Shown here: one piece after another, positions 50,270 through 61,599 of the stretch
How the letters are laid out: each line of letters begins with the position of its first letter
How positions within the stretch are numbered: position 1 is the stretch's first letter
NCBI RefSeq assembly: GCF_004010195.1
Contig: NC_057718.1
Span: 95,916,354 to 95,980,353 of the forward strand
From: Chiloscyllium plagiosum
Lineage: Eukaryota
Length of the DNA stretch: 64,000 nucleotides
Direction of reading: 5' to 3'
Translations under genes and position numbers: made by a program
The notes under the pieces: model-generated
Database searches by the model: none
The model's input: the letters and a program-made list of their open reading frames with translations, nothing else
What the model was told of the DNA's origin: nothing

Positions 50270-51085
50270 TCACCAGCTGTTGCTCAGTTGATAACACTCA
50301 TAACCTCACAATCATAAGCTTCTGAGTTCAGGAGTTAGGTGCAAAAAATCAATCCAATCCTCAGCGCACCACTAACCGTGAAAATCCAATGTTGTTGGAG
50401 GCTAATCTTTTGCTTAACGCATTAAACTCAATCTTTATCTGCCCCAAACTGGGTATAAAAGATCTCATGGTACTTTTGTGAAGAAGAGTAGGGAAGATAT
50501 CCTGGCCAGTATTTATCCCACAAAAAAACAAACAGATTCTCTGGTCTTTATTACATTGCTGTGTATAGAAGCTTGCTGTGCACAGAGAGTTGTGAGCACA
50601 GCCCAGTCCATCACGCAAGCCAGCCTTCCATCTCCTGACTCCATCTACACTTCTCAATGCCTCAGGGAGGCTTCCATCGTCAAAGACCCCTCGTTATAAT
50701 GAGGCAGAAGATACAAAAGCTTAAACACACATACCAACAGATTCAAGAACAGCTTCTTCCCCGCTGTTATTAGACTTCTGACAGGAACTTTCAAATTTCA
50801 AATTTAACTTGGATCTCGCTCTCCGTGCATCTTTGCTGCAGCCATAACATTGTGTTCCTCGCTCTGTTCTATTACCCTGATGCATTTTGTATGACATGAT
50901 CTGTCCGTACTGCACTCAAAACAAAGCTCTTCACTGTACCTAGGTACATGTGACAATAACAAACCAAATCAAATTAAAAAATCAAATTGGCTGCCATATT
51001 TCCTACATTACAACATCAAAACTAATTAATTAGTTGTGAAACGCTTTGAGATGTCCTATGGTTGTAAAAAGTGGGGTGTAGAATC
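50270..51085 (+). mobile_element. DeuSINE-like element split by a Rex1 insertion (50580-50985)
   Basis: gatctcatggtacttttgtgaagaagag...tcctggccagtatttatccc...gcttgctgtg [Rex1: RVVSTAQSITQASLPS...TNRFKNSFFPAVIRLL] caaattggctgccatatttcctacattacaac. Confidence 0.72.
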
Positions 51086-51116
51086 TTTTCTTTAAATCAA
51101 TAAAAACATCCAAAAA

Positions 51117-51278
51117 CAGAGGAACCTCGATTATCCGAACAACATGGGCAGGAAGTATTTTGTTCAGATAATCGAATTCCAGATAACATAGTTTAGCCAA
51201 GCATCGGGACCTTGTGATCTTGTCCAGATAATCCGAAACTTGGATAATCGAATGTCTCGGATAATCGAGGTTCCTCTG
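51117..51278. mobile_element. Tigger/pogo-like MITE
   Basis: Perfect 22-bp TIR cagaggaacctcgattatccga / tcggataatcgaggttcctctg; TA on the right flank, AA on the left; internal gataatcg repeats. Confidence 0.9.
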
Positions 51279-52612
51279 TAACTAGTTCCAATGAGTTGCT
51301 GAAGCATGCCATCAACGTATCCGGAAAAATCATGGAAAAATCAATTTCTGGTCCCATTTCAGAGCAGTGCTCCTGATCTTTGACTCTGGAGGAGTCAATC
51401 AATGTCAGAGGATCTTCTTGGGCCTGTCCAAGGTGGCTGTAGTGGAGTGTGGGGGTGTGTTGAGATCGCTCTGGGTTGCCTTTTGTCGTGGAGATTTTCC
51501 CGGGGAAAGGGGGGGAGGTTTCTGGACAGTGAACACTCAACGTCCACCAGTAAGTTTGAGGATTTCTGTGACCAGGAGTCACACACAAGGAGCGAAGTAT
51601 TTAGTGAGTCACTGCTGTCATCTTGCATTCACCTAATTTTATCACGTTCCCTGAATGTGGTTCAGGCACTTTGTTACCAGTGCCCTCATTAACAGAGAAA
51701 GGGTGTAGCACAACAACAACTTCCATTTATATGGCACCTTTAATGTGTTGAAACATCCCAGGGCATTTCAGGCAAAATATGATTCCCACAAAGAGATATT
51801 GGGATGGGGTGGGGAGTGGGGTGGGGGGAGGTGGAGGTGAGGTGATTAAAAGCTTGTATGCTGAAGTGGGTTTTTAAAGAAAGAAGATGGAGAGGCAGAC
51901 AGACATAAGCAAGGAATGGAAAAGCTTGGGATTGAGGCAATTGTAGGTACAGCCACTAACAGGGAAGAGATTCAAAATGGTGGATGCTTAAGAACTGCAT
52001 TTAAAAATTGCAGCATCCATCGATGAAACTGGGGCAATCCCGGTATTTTGTTATTCACCCAGGAGAAGAGGCACTGCAACAAGACCAGGCGTTGATCTGA
52101 TGTGAATGTTGAATCTTATTTCCAAAGTCTGAAGAATGCCCACAGGGGAGCTGGCTAATTAAGTCGATTCGTATGGGTTAGTTGACACCATGAGCTGACT
52201 CTTACATTTGTTGGGGAAATGCGAGTTTCTCAAGTTTACTTGAAGGGATCCTTGCCACGAGGCCCAAATGTGCCTCACTAACCACCCACTCCATCCCCAT
52301 GACGTCTCTCACATCTCATTTGATCTCCATCTCACTTCGTGCTGTCCCCAGAACTGCTGCTCAGTGAGTATTCGCCGAAAGATGCACATGCCATCTTTAA
52401 AATCCTGTTTTGCACCCGACATATATTGTAAGTCACAAGCTGCCTGGCACAGTTCACAATCTTTGCCATGGATATGGCAGATGGGTGGAAGTTGGTGCCC
52501 TGCTTTGTGGGCCAGGACTTAATGGTTCTGTTGATTGGAGTGGTGCAAACAGGGGACTTGCTCTTCCCTCGGGGCACCAGGCCATGCCAACCTGATCTGT
52601 GATTGCCACCTG

Positions 52613-52885
52613 AGTCATGGAATCCCTACAATGTGAAAGCAGGCCATTTGGCCCATCAGGCTCACACCCACCCTCCGAAGAGCAGCCCACCCCTCCCATA
52701 GTCCTACACTTCTCTGGCCAATCCACCCTAACCTGCACATCTTTATACTGTGGGAGAAAGCCAGAGCACCCGGAGGAAACCCAGGACGAGTGTGCAAACT
52801 CCACACAGATAGTCACCCGAGGCTGGAATCGAAACCGTGTCCCTGGTGCTGTGAGGCAGCAGTGCTAACCACTGGGCCACCGTGG
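52613..52885 (-). mobile_element. HE1-type V-SINE inserted in the Myb/SANT remnant
   Basis: Reverse-complement HE1; tgagtca / tgggtca flanks. Confidence 0.9.
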
Positions 52886-53013
52886 GTCACTGCAGACTCA
52901 GCCATCTGGAGGAATGTCTAGTACTGTCAGGATAAAGGTCCATCTCCCTCTCCATTCCGTTAATGTAAGTGCCAATATGCCACCCTCGCCTGAGTTTTGC
53001 TACTGTACCCACC

Positions 53014-53282
53014 TTCTAGATTAAAGTGGTGCTGGAAAAGCACAGCAGTTCAGGCAGCATCCGAGGAGCAGGAGAGTCGACGTTTCGGGCAAAAGCCCTT
53101 CATCAGGAATAGAATGCTTTACTCCTGATGAAGGGCTTTTGCCCGAAATGTTGATTTTCCTGCTCCTCGGAGCCCGAAATGTTGATTTTCCTGCTCCTCG
53201 GATGCTGCCTGAACTGCTGTGCTTTTCCAGCACCATTCTATTCTAGAACCTGGTTTCCAGCATCTGCAGTCATTGTTTTTAC
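53014..53282 (+). mobile_element. Penelope-derived fold-back mini-element, family A
   Basis: Inverted arms around 53110-53122; 14-bp TSD ctactgtacccacc at 53000-53013 and 53283-53296; ~31-bp internal tandem duplication at 53141-53201. Confidence 0.92.
53077..53107 (-). ncRNA. Minimal type I hammerhead ribozyme core (intact)
   Basis: Minus strand c-CUGAUGA-A-GGGC-UUUU-GCCC-GAAA-CGUC-ga. Confidence 0.82.
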
Positions 53283-53743
53283 CTACTGTACCCACCACCT
53301 ATTGCTGAGAATCCCTGGCACCACCAATCCTGCACGCACTCTGTGCTGCCTCCTCACTCACTCTGGAACCACCTCTCCACGTGCACCAAAAGTAACTGCT
53401 GTGCCAAACTCCCTTCCCCTTACATCTCTCATAATAGTTGCTGCCCTCTCTCTCTCAGTCCAGGAGGGGAGTAGTCCTGAGTAAGACAGATAGACTGGGC
53501 AGATGGTGTACTGCCTGACATTCAGTTCCTCACCCGTTATGAGGAGAGTATCTTGACTCCAATAGCCCAGAGTGGACTGACTGACCATTTCAAAGCCCCT
53601 GGACTGGTATCGGAGGCTGCCCTTGATTTCCTGTGTCAGGACCACCTGAGCAAAGCCATTCGCCCTTGACCTAACTGAGGCTTGCTGATGACCATGACAA
53701 CCTTCCTGACTTGGCAAGACAGGAGTATGATGAGCCAAGAGCA

Positions 53744-53939
53744 TGCTGCTGGAAAAGCACAGCAGGTCAGGCAACATCCGAGAAGCAGGAGAGTCAATGT
53801 TTCAGGCAAAAGTCCTTCATCAAGGCTTATGCCCGAAACGTTGATTCTCCTGCTCCTCGGATGCTGCCTGACCTGCTGTGCTTTTCCAGCACCACATCCT
53901 CGACTTTGATCTCCAGCATCTGCAGTTCTCATTTTCTCC
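53744..53939 (+). mobile_element. Family A fold-back mini-element with centre deleted
   Basis: gctggaaaagcacagcaggtcaggca...tgcctgacctgctgtgcttttccagc arms; junction ccttcatca|aggcttatgcccgaaa. Confidence 0.88.
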
Positions 53940-54164
53940 AAAGGGCTCACTACATCAAAAGGTTTCTCCTCATGTTTGCATCTGGATCTTTGAACCAGAA
54001 ATCTATGTCCTCTGCTTCCTGACCATTGCTCCAATGAAAACTCTTTCCCTCTTATCTACCTTGTCCATTTTTAAGACAACCCTGAGCACTCAACAGCTTG
54101 AACTCAGTTCGTGTTATGTGCTTGGCTGTCTAAAATGGGTAAATAGACAATACTACACACCACC

Positions 54165-54445
54165 TTAGAAGGATAAGAGCGACAGGTACATGGGGACAGC
54201 ACCACCTTTCAGTTCCCCTCCAAGCAACCCCATCATCCTGAAAAGATGTCACCGCTGATCCTTCATTGTCACCGCATCAATACCCTGGAACTCAGTCCCA
54301 GCAGCATTTTGGGTCAATCCACAGCACATGGACTACAGCTGTCCAAGAAGGTAACTCCCCATCCCCTCCACAAGGGCAACTAGGGATGGACAAAAATGCT
54401 GGCTCAGTCAGTCAGTCAGCAATGCCCACATCCCATGAAGGAACA
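54165..54445 (+). mobile_element. 3' fragment of the single-ORF CR1-group LINE
   Basis: agaaggataagagcgacaggtacatgggga...caagggcaactagggatgga tail; further copies at ~58830-58930 and ~59450-59835. Confidence 0.7.
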
Positions 54446-56719
54446 AAGAAGAAAGAGGGCAGGAAGACAGCAAGTAGGTCCACGGTGAGGTAGATAATCC
54501 TGATCAAGGTTTCTTGATTCTTATCCAGTGATATTACGCAGTCCCACCCTCCCAATCAAACACCACTTGGAGATGCTTTTGCCTGGTCATTGGCAGAAAA
54601 TATAACCATCGGACCATAAGAAATAGGAATAGGAGTAGTCCACTCTGCCCCTTGAGCCTGGTCCTCTATTCAGTGGGATCATGGGTGATCCAACAATCCT
54701 CCCACATCCACTTTCCTATGTTTTCCTCATAATCCTTGATTCCCGTAATCAGATTTGGCAATGGTGATCCCGGCAATTGGTCTGCCAAGGAGTTGCAAAT
54801 TGAGTCATAACAAATGGCTAACTGGAGTAGATGTTGCAGGATCCCTGACACGTGTGGAAACAGGGATTCATTTATGAGCCAGCACCTTTGAGGAGATCAG
54901 GGGGTACAAACAACCATTGTAGAGCTTTGTCATGTAATCAATTTACAATTCTTTTTCCACAGTCGAACAACGCCAACAGCTTTTATGAGCACTAATGCAC
55001 CCAACACTTTGAGTTTGCTTTCTTCATAAAATGCCAGGTTGCCAACTGGCCTACCTGTGCCAAGAGAGAAAGTTCCAGACTCACTCCAGGCAAAAAGAAA
55101 ATGAGGGAGCAATGAATAATATTTTGTCAGTGTAGTGATTTTGTGTGCAGCTGTTCAGAAACACAATTATTGTGAGATTATTGTTGAGGTTAGACCTTAT
55201 AATTTGTAATATACCCAGTTGTAATATGTTGCGAGAGCATCTACTGCTTGTGATGCTTGGCATTGAAGCCAGTCTAAATGCCATGTAACTGGAGTAATGC
55301 TAAAGGAACATTTTAAGCTACCATGGTTCAAGTGCACGTCAAAGAATATGGATTAGGCACAGAACAGGAGCATATTTGGATAAAGTGGGTGGAGGTGCTA
55401 TGTCATATGTTAATAATCCAATAAAAATGAATGAAAACATTATGACTGACATCTATGACTTCATCTAAGACTGTGGGCACATTGGGTGACTAGTATGCTA
55501 ACTGATGAAATCAGCTTTGCTACAATTTCTTGTGCCAAGTTAGCATTGAAATTCAACATGGATTTTCTAATTAGGAACATTTTAAACTGTTCAAAGTAGC
55601 TAGGAGTAATTACAGGCTGCAGACAGAAATGCAAATTGGTAGGAGTGCGGGATTGAGCAATCCAGGATGAAATTGATATTTCCTTTGAAAATTAGTTCGG
55701 GCTTTTCATTTGTATCAAGTAATTAAAATGAACTGAAACATTAATTTTGAAGAGGGAAGTTTATCTGTAACTCCATGTCGTGAGGTTGGACTTCTAGTTT
55801 CAGCAGATATTGGATTTGCAATCAGGGTTAGATAGGAATGTGGAATTCGCAACATAAGGAGATCAGCTGTGGGCTTATTGAATGGGAATGCAGACTGGAA
55901 GGGCTGAACAGCTGACTTCACATTCTATTTCACACATTTGTATTTATCATGTGTAGGCTAATGGCAAGAGGCTGAAAACGAGAGGTCAGCTTTTTTGGAC
56001 TGACATAAGAAATTCCTTCACTCAATAGGTTGCGAATCTCTGGAATGTTTGATGTGAGAGAGCTGGGAATATTCAGTTGTGGCAAGTACAGAAAGCTAAG
56101 GGAATGAGAGAATATGGATAATGTGAGGGAAGGAAGTGGAGTTAAGGGAAATTCAGTCATAATCATATTAAATGGTGAAATAGACTTGAAGGGCTGAATG
56201 GCCTACTTCCCCTCCTATTTCTTATGATACATTTTCAGTAAAGTGGCCAGGCAATGTGACAACGAATTGTTGTAAAATAAACAAAAAGTGAACACTGGCT
56301 TCAAATGACAATGATGGAAAGATTATTCCAAGGATGTCCATCAGTTATCTGCAGTAGCTGGCATGAGCTTGTCTATCTTTAACTAGTCCTTAGGTAAGAT
56401 CCTTTACAATTGAAGATTCTGGATGGGATGGTCATACTCAACAAACCAGTCTGGGATACTATGTATAGATCCAACACCGTCAATCCTTCTTATTGGGACC
56501 TGCCTAAGTTGCTGATACCAAATGGGAAGGATGCCCAGTTGAAGTTTTTGTCAGAAGTATATACAGAGAAGGTTTATCACAGAGTACATGATGGCTGATT
56601 GCCTTACATCTGAGTTACTTGAGAGTTCATAGTAAAACCATTTGCCATCTTGAAGCTAAGTACGCATTACAACGATTGAAACATTCCAGTACACAACTAA
56701 GAGACAACTAACAACTGAT

Positions 56720-56996
56720 TACAAAATTAAAAATCACACAACACCAGGTTATAGTCCAACAAGTTTAATTGGAAGCACTAGCTTTCGGAACGCTGCTCCT
56801 ACATCAGGTGGTTGTCGAGTATAAGATTGTAAGACGCGGAATTTATAGCAAAAGTTTTCAGTGTGATCTACCACCTGATGAAGGAGCAGCATTCCGAAAG
56901 CTAGTGCTTCCAATTAAACCTGGTGGACTAAAACCCTGGTGTTGTGGGATTTTTAAATTTGTACGCTCCAACCCAACACTGGCGTCTCCAAATCAT
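56720..56996 (+). mobile_element. Penelope-derived fold-back mini-element, family B
   Basis: Arms aaaaatcacacaacaccagg...catcaggtgg / ccacctgatga...cctggtgttgtgggattttt; imperfect flanking repeat aacaactgatt / aacaaactggtt. Confidence 0.88.
56872..56906 (+). ncRNA. Minimal type I hammerhead ribozyme core (family B, intact)
   Basis: CAC-CUGAUGA-A-GGAG-CAGCA-UUCC-GAAA-GCUA-GUG; stem I CAC/GUG, palindromic AGCU stem III, CUA cleavage triplet. Confidence 0.82.
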
Positions 56997-57249
56997 AACA
57001 AACTGGTTAGTTCCTCTCAGGAATGGTTCCATATGAACTAATCGGCAGACCTTATCTCACGATGTCAATTAGCCCTTTGGGGTATTGATTGCCTTTACAG
57101 AACAGTGGAGAATTTCATCTTGAATTAGGGAAAAGGTAAACTCTGAAGGTCTTCCAAAATGGATACAGGAGGATAGTTCCCCATGCCATAATCTTCAAGC
57201 TAATTTGTCACTCTTTGTGGGATGTTGCTGATATGTACTTTCCCACACA

Positions 57250-57762
57250 ATATATCAAAGCAAGGATATTATTAATTTGGAGAGGGTTCAGAAGCGATTT
57301 ACCAGGATTATGCTGGGACTGGAGGGTTTAAGGATAGGCTGGATGAGCTGGGACTTTTTTCACTGGAGTGGAGAACGTCGAGGGGTGGTCTCATAGAGGT
57401 TTATAAAATCATGAGGGGCACGGATAAGATCAATAGCAAAGGTCATTTCCCTGGAGTGGGGGAGTTCAAAACTCGGGGGCATATTTTTAAGGTGACGGGA
57501 GAAAAAGTTAAAAAGGACATGAGGGGCAATTTGTTTACACAGCGAGTGGTTCCTATACAGAATGAACTGCCCGGGGCAGTGGTGGATGAAGGTACAGTTA
57601 CAAAATTTAAAAGATATTTGGACAGGTACATGAATAGGAAAGGTTTAGAGGGATATGGGCTAAACGCAGGTAAATGGGGCCAGTTTAGATCTGGAATCTT
57701 GGTCGGCATGGACAAGTTGGACTGAAGGGTCTGTTCCATGCTGTATGACTCAATAACTCTAT
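57250..57762 (+). mobile_element. CR1 3' fragment
   Basis: MRGTDKINSKGHFPGVGEFKTRGHIFKV...LFTQRVV...NELP. Confidence 0.9.
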
Positions 57763-57960
57763 ACAGTAATATATTACCTTAGGAGAGGATTAGCACAATA
57801 GTGAATTACCCCAATAACACTGGACCTGAATAGAAGCACTCAAACGAGAATGATGTCCTAGTATTGTTCCCTGCAAAGATGTCCTTTTCATTTCTGAAAC
57901 TTGCTTACAAGAACTTAAGAACCAGGAGCAGGTGTAGGTAATCCAGTCCACCGAGCCTGC

Positions 57961-58293
57961 TCCATCATTTGATATGATCATGGCTAATCTTGCCTTAGCC
58001 TCAACTCCACTCTCCTGTCCACGCCCTATAACCCTCCGACCCAATACAAAAATCTCTCTCCTCTTAGATTAATTCAATGTCACAGCAACCACCGCACTCT
58101 TCTCCTGTTCCCTAGATGCTGCCTGACCTGCTGCGCTTTTCCAGCAACACATTTCCATCATTTGATATGATCATGGCTAATCTTGCCTTCGCCTCAACTC
58201 CACTCTCCTGTCCACGCCCTATAACCCTCCGACCCAATACAAAAATCTCTCTCCTCTTAGATTAATTCAATGTCACAGCAACCACCGCACTCT
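57961..58293 (+). repeat. 140-bp direct duplication enclosing a 53-bp family A Penelope fragment
   Basis: 57961-58100 matches 58154-58293 (1 mismatch); insert 58101-58153 tctcctgttccctagatgctgcctgacctgctgcgcttttccagcaacaca. Confidence 0.92.
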
Positions 58294-58970
58294 AGGTCAG
58301 TGAATTCCACAGATTCATGACCCTTTGAATTTGGGTCTAGTTCAGTTTGGGAAACTTGTTCAGCATGGACAAGTTGGACCGAAGGGTCTCTTTCCATGCT
58401 GTATGATTCATTGATCACCAAGAATAACTAAAAATATGATCTGCTCCAAGGGTGTGGTATGAATTATGATCCTGACTTTGGATCCCAGTTAATCATTGAA
58501 ATACAGTAGATATGGTCATTATTCTGATGAAGTGCATGAACAGTAAAACCTGGTGTGTAGACAGACAGCTATTTACAGTGATGTGCACAAATATGTAAAG
58601 TTGTTAAAAAAAGACGCGCAGAAACCTTGGTTTTGCACTGAACCATAAAGCATATTTTCTTTTTGCCTTCTAGTATTTTCTTACAGATAGACAACTTATA
58701 TTTTAATAATCTGTCACCCAATGGTCACGAGAGACCCATTTTTTAATCGTCAACTGAGAATTCTGAACCAGTTGTAGTATCCCAACATGATTGTCATGTA
58801 CCTTGCTGTTAGGGTGTGCTTGTGCTATGTGGACTGCAGTGGTTCAAGAAGTTAGCTCACTTCCACTACCCTTCAAGATGGGTGACAAATGCTGGCTGAG
58901 CCAGCAATTCCCACATCCCATGGAAGAATTCTCAAAACTGTTGTGCTGGCACGAGTGAAATTCTACTCAC

Positions 58971-59185
58971 CTGTGGTCCACCCCTTAATGTTTAGCTCTG
59001 GCTCAACTCTTTCAAAGTGATGCCACTTTGAGAAAGAATGTGAAAGGATCCCAGGCTCAGGATACGTCCAATAGAAATCCAAGCCATTTCAATTGTCAGT
59101 GTCCACACTGTCTGATAACACAGCCCATTTGGGTGAGGTACCGGGTAAGACCAATGCACCCAGGAGAAGAGATGAGGAGGAAAAC
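58971..59185 (-). other. Candidate 215-nt spliced exon (non-coding, UTR or terminal-coding)
   Basis: Minus-strand acceptor ttagctttctctttgcag|G and donor CAG|gtgagt; stops in all three frames. Confidence 0.4.
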
Positions 59186-59519
59186 CTGCAAAGAGAAAGC
59201 TAAATAACTAAAAATGTTATTTTGCATTTTAAGTTTCTGACTGTTTCAATCCTGGGGTAATCCCAGGAACAATGGTTGCTTCCTCCAAATGTCTATAGGC
59301 AGAATTTTGATGTCAATATTGCATTATTGATGGATGGCTCATTAAGGGCTTGATTTTAACTGAGTTGAAAATCACATATAACAGGACTTCAATTGGCCAA
59401 ATCAGTTACACACTCAGGGAGCAATGAAGACAGTTAACCTGACTACAACTGGTATCTCTACCATCTAGAAGGGCAAGGGCAGCAGATACATGGGAACAGA
59501 ATCACCTTCAGGACAATCA

Positions 59520-59636
59520 GCTGATGAAGGTGAGGTGCTCCGAAAGCTAATACTTCCAATTAAACCTGTTGGACTGTAACCTGGTGTTGTGTGATTTTTG
59601 TACTTCCCAGTCCAACACCAGCATCTCCAAATCATG
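59520..59636 (+). mobile_element. Single-arm family B Penelope mini-element
   Basis: ctgatgaaggtgaggtgctccgaaagcta...aaacctgttggactgtaacctggtgttgtgtg...ccaaatcat. Confidence 0.8.
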
Positions 59637-59915
59637 ACCTTTCAAGACACCCACCATACTGATTTGGGATTGAAGTTCCTTCACTGTTGCTGGGTTAAAC
59701 CTTGGAATTCCTTCCCAAATGGCATCATGGATCAAATGGATTCCAATGGTTCAAGAAGGTGACTTACCATCACCTTCTCAACGGTATGTAGGGATGGACT
59801 GGCCTAGCCAGTAATACCTATGTCCAGTAAATTATTTTTTTAAAAAAGTGATAAATCTGGGAGCATTGTATAATCTTTCCCGATCAGAACAATGGTATTT
59901 AGCTGAGCTGTTTGT

Positions 59916-60148
59916 CTCTAGCTTTCGGAGCACTGCTCCTTCATCAGGTGGTAGTGGAGAACATGATGTAAGGCACCGAATTCATAGCAAAAGTTTACAG
60001 TGTACATCACACTGTAAGCTTTTGCTATAAATTCTGCGTCTTACAAACTTATACTCCAGAACCACCTGATGAAGGACCAGCGCTCCAAAAGCTAGTGTTT
60101 CCAAATAAACCTGGACTATAACCTGGTATTGTGTGATTTTTAACTTTG
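59916..60148 (+). mobile_element. Family B fold-back mini-element
   Basis: Inverted repeat centred ~60005 (atagcaaaagtttacagtgt / acactgtaagcttttgctat); intact minus-strand core at 59916-59950; plus-strand core has GAAA changed to AAAA. Confidence 0.88.
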
Positions 60149-60256
60149 ATGACTTATTAACTGTAATATCAGGAAATCAATTGCATGATGTAAACAAATG
60201 ATGTTCAGACTTCTTAAGATTGTTACTGATTAATTTTGACCAGATGGCGTGTGAGT

Positions 60257-60446
60257 GATTAGATTAGATTAGATTACATTACAGCGTGGAAACAGGCCCT
60301 TCGGTCCAACAAGTCCACACCGACCCGTCGAAGCGCAACCCACCCATGCCTCTACATTTACCCCTTCCATAACACTACGGGCACCGGGTCTCAGGCGCTG
60401 TGAGGCAGCAGTGCTAACCACTGTGCCACCGTGCCGCCCACCGTGC
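60257..60446 (-). mobile_element. Internally deleted HE1 SINE
   Basis: Head fused to tail with the V-domain missing; (gatta)n tail. Confidence 0.88.
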
Positions 60447-60617
60447 TCATGTTCCGGTCAAAGGTCAGTGCTTCGATTGGAGATTTCACAAACATTTAAT
60501 CAGAAAAACATTTTAATTAGAAAAACATTTCTCTAATTCATGTATTCTGTTGAGAATTGGTTATGGCTTGAAGTGCATTTCAATTAAGGATCTCAAACCA
60601 GGCTGAGATTTGTCTCA

Positions 60618-60755
60618 GTTGAACTTCCTGATGAAGTGCTTTTGCCCGAAATGTTGATTCTCCTGCTCCTCGGATGCTGCCTGACCAGCTGTGTTTTTCT
60701 AGCATCACACTCTTTGACTCTGATCTCCAGCATCTGCAGTCCTCACTTTCTCCAA
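60618..60755 (+). mobile_element. Single-arm family A Penelope mini-element
   Basis: cctgatgaagtgcttttgcccgaaatgttga...; 10-bp TSD atttgtctca at 60608-60617 and 60756-60765. Confidence 0.88.
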
Positions 60756-60879
60756 ATTTGTCTCACCCTCAGAAATGCCTGATTAGTTCTCTTTGCAAGT
60801 CTGTCTTAAGGAATTGAATGTCATTTAGATTAGCTTTATTTCAAATGTCAAAATTTCACTTTGTTAATCTGGAAGTTAA

Positions 60880-61210
60880 TGAGATCATGAAGTGTATAGA
60901 TAGGGTTAATGGTCTTTTCCTGAGGATGGGGGATTTCAAGACTAGGGTGCATGTCTTTAAGGTGGGAGGAAGGAGATTTAAAAATGACGTGAGGGGCAAA
61001 TTTTTATACAGAGGGTGGTTTGTGTGTGGAATGAACTTCCTGAGGAAGTGGTGGATGTGGGTACAATTACAGCATTTAAAAGACATTTGGATAAGTATAC
61101 GAATAGAAAAGGTGTGGACGGATATGGGCCAGGACCAGGTAGGAGGGACTAGTTTAGTTTGGGATTATGGTCAGCGTGGGCCATTTCTGTGCTGTATGAC
61201 TCTGTGACTC
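60880..61210 (+). mobile_element. CR1 3' fragment
   Basis: IMKCIDRVNGLFLRMGDFKTRVHVFKVGGRRFKND; tail tgctgtatgactctgtgactct. Confidence 0.88.
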
Positions 61211-61599
61211 TGTGGTGATTATCCTCTCATGATGGAACTCCCCAAATGGTTTTACTCTCTAATAGTGTGCAGTGTTACTGTGTAATAGTTATTAAAAAAA
61301 TTTTCATGGGATGTGAACATCATGGGTAAAGTCAGCATTTGTTGCCCATCCCTAACTACCATTGGAATGTGCAGCTTACAAGACCATTTGAGACAGTAGG
61401 AGAGAGTCAACCCCATTGATATAACTCTGGGGTCACCGGTCCTTCCCCAAAGGTCATTTGTGAACCAGATGGATTTTTTACAACTGTCTATGATTATTTC
61501 ATTATAACCATTCCAGAGGTTCTCCAGTCTAGATTAATTACTACCTAAATCCCACCAACTGGTGAGGTGGGATTTGAACCTATGTCTCTAGAGTACTAG

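Larger units (their letters stand above)
52475..53600 (+). pseudogene. Decayed Myb/SANT-like DNA-binding gene of a PIF/Harbinger transposon (2 exons)
   Basis: LVPCFVGQDLMVLLIGVVQTGDLLFPRG / PT*SVIAT*VTADSAIWRNV*YCQDK (SINE removed), donor gtaagt at 52965, acceptor ...tccag at 53463, then DGVLPDIQFLTRYEESIL. Confidence 0.6.

Noticed and set aside
51290..51690. Overlapping ORFs on both strands (77-131 aa)
   Set aside because: No recognisable motif; one ORF runs into the MITE
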